64,000 nt of DNA, taken from Octopus bimaculoides (lineage: Eukaryota). Positions within the stretch are counted from its first letter, which is position 1. Every line of letters starts with the position of its first letter. The notes below the pieces were generated by a model. That model saw only the letters and a program-made list of their open reading frames with translations. It searched no databases and was not told where the DNA came from. The translations under genes were made by a program, and so were the position numbers. This document shows positions 62,945 through 64,000 of this stretch, one piece after another. The stretch spans positions 13,078,552 through 13,142,551 of the forward strand of contig NC_069002.1 in the NCBI RefSeq assembly GCF_001194135.2, written 5' to 3'.

Positions 62945-63555
62945 TAAATGAGTATATGCATATATACGTACAGGTATGTGCATACCGACATCCACCTGTA
63001 TGTATAGGTGCATATCTGGGTACAGGACATTGCAAACAAAACAGTTACGAGAAAACACACAAGCCACATAGAGAACATTCTACTTCATCAGCTACCCCCG
63101 TTTTAAGACCGGCGTTTCGAAGAGCTGGGCAGGACGCATCGTTAAAACGGCTCTTCCCATGGACCGCAAATTAAATTTGTATACACAAATTAAATCTTGC
63201 CATGGAGGAATGTAGTGGCGGACAAAAAACAAGACAGGAAAACAAACAAAAAAGGCTTTACGGCCAGACAAGAAAAATGATGTGTGTATGAACGCTGTGA
63301 AGCACGAACTTGAAAGTAATGCTTGTATGTCTGTGTTTGTGTTTGTTCCCTCTGCTATTGCTTGACAACTGATGTTGGTGTGTTTACATCCCTGTTACTT
63401 AGTTTGGCAAAAGTGACCAATCGAGTAAGTACTAGGCTTACAAAGAATTAGTCCTGGGGTTGGTTTCTTTGACTAAATCCTTTTAAGACGGTGCTCCAGC
63501 ATGGCCAGAGTCTGACGACTGAAGCAAATAAAAGAATAAAACTATAAAAGAATAT

Positions 63556-63966
63556 GCGCAGGAGTGGCTGTGTGGTAAGTAGCTTGCTTCCCAACCACAT
63601 GGTTCCGGGTTCAGTCCCACTGCGTGGCTCCTTGGGCAAGTGTCTTCTACTATAGCCTCGGGCCGACCAAAGCCTTGTGAGTGGATTTGGTAGACGGAAA
63701 CTGAAAAGAAGCCTGTCGTATATATGTATATGTATATATATAGATATATGTGTGTGTTTGTGTGTCTGTTTGTCCCCCCACCATTGCTTGACAACCGATG
63801 CTGGTGTGTTTGTGTCCCCGTAACTTAGCAGTTCGGCATAAAGAGACTGATAGAACAAGTACTAGGGTTCCAAAGAATAAGTCCTGGGGTCGATTTGCTT
63901 GACTAAAGGCGGTGCCCCAGCATGGCCGCAGTCAAATGACTGAAACAAGCAAAAGAGTAAAAGAGT
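63556..63966 (+). mobile_element. Full-length SINE family A copy
   Basis: Near-identical to 7016-7408 from head to the taaaagag tail. Confidence 0.88.
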
Positions 63967-64000
63967 ATACACACGCATATATTTATATATACATATATAT

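Noticed and set aside
63075-63125. Type II-order hammerhead (GAAAC-GCCG-GTC...CTGATGA, minus strand; relatives at about 3270-3330 and 52660-52715)
   Set aside because: Stems I and II pair poorly and the other copies lack the GUC triplet; kept only as part of a dispersed repeat
1-64000. CRISPR arrays, rRNA, prokaryotic operons or defence systems
   Set aside because: The sequence is eukaryotic with spliceosomal introns; no repeat-spacer arrays or rRNA-like segments were seen

Overview
AT-rich, microsatellite- and SINE-dense eukaryotic DNA with many N gaps. The repeat landscape looks like an Octopus (coleoid cephalopod) draft assembly; that assignment is recalled from the repeats, not searched. 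Three intron-containing genes could be rebuilt by hand with canonical GT-AG sites and consistent phases. GINS4/SLD5 is on the minus strand: coding exons 1-4 at 17062->9554, with the rest of the gene probably left of the window. An alpha-L-fucosidase (GH29, FUCA1/2-like) is on the plus strand: 8 exons, 18274-30594, about 483 aa, head-to-head with GINS4. RPF2 (Brix domain) is on the minus strand: 10 exons, 45890->35890, 300 aa, tail-to-tail with the fucosidase. The rest is mostly tRNA-derived SINEs, RTE-LINE 3' ends, a Penelope-like GIY-YIG remnant, Tc1/mariner relics and hAT or piggyBac-like MITEs. The most unusual observations are: three unrelated foldback elements carrying TTAGGG-like repeats, one a head-to-head (TTAGGG)n/(CCCTAA)n palindrome inside the GINS4-FUCA bidirectional promoter; a perfect 23-bp-stem GC-rich hairpin in FUCA intron 1; degenerate hammerhead-ribozyme-like repeats; and inverted repeat pairs that could be ADAR substrates. 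No gene could be firmly called in 46.1-64 kb.
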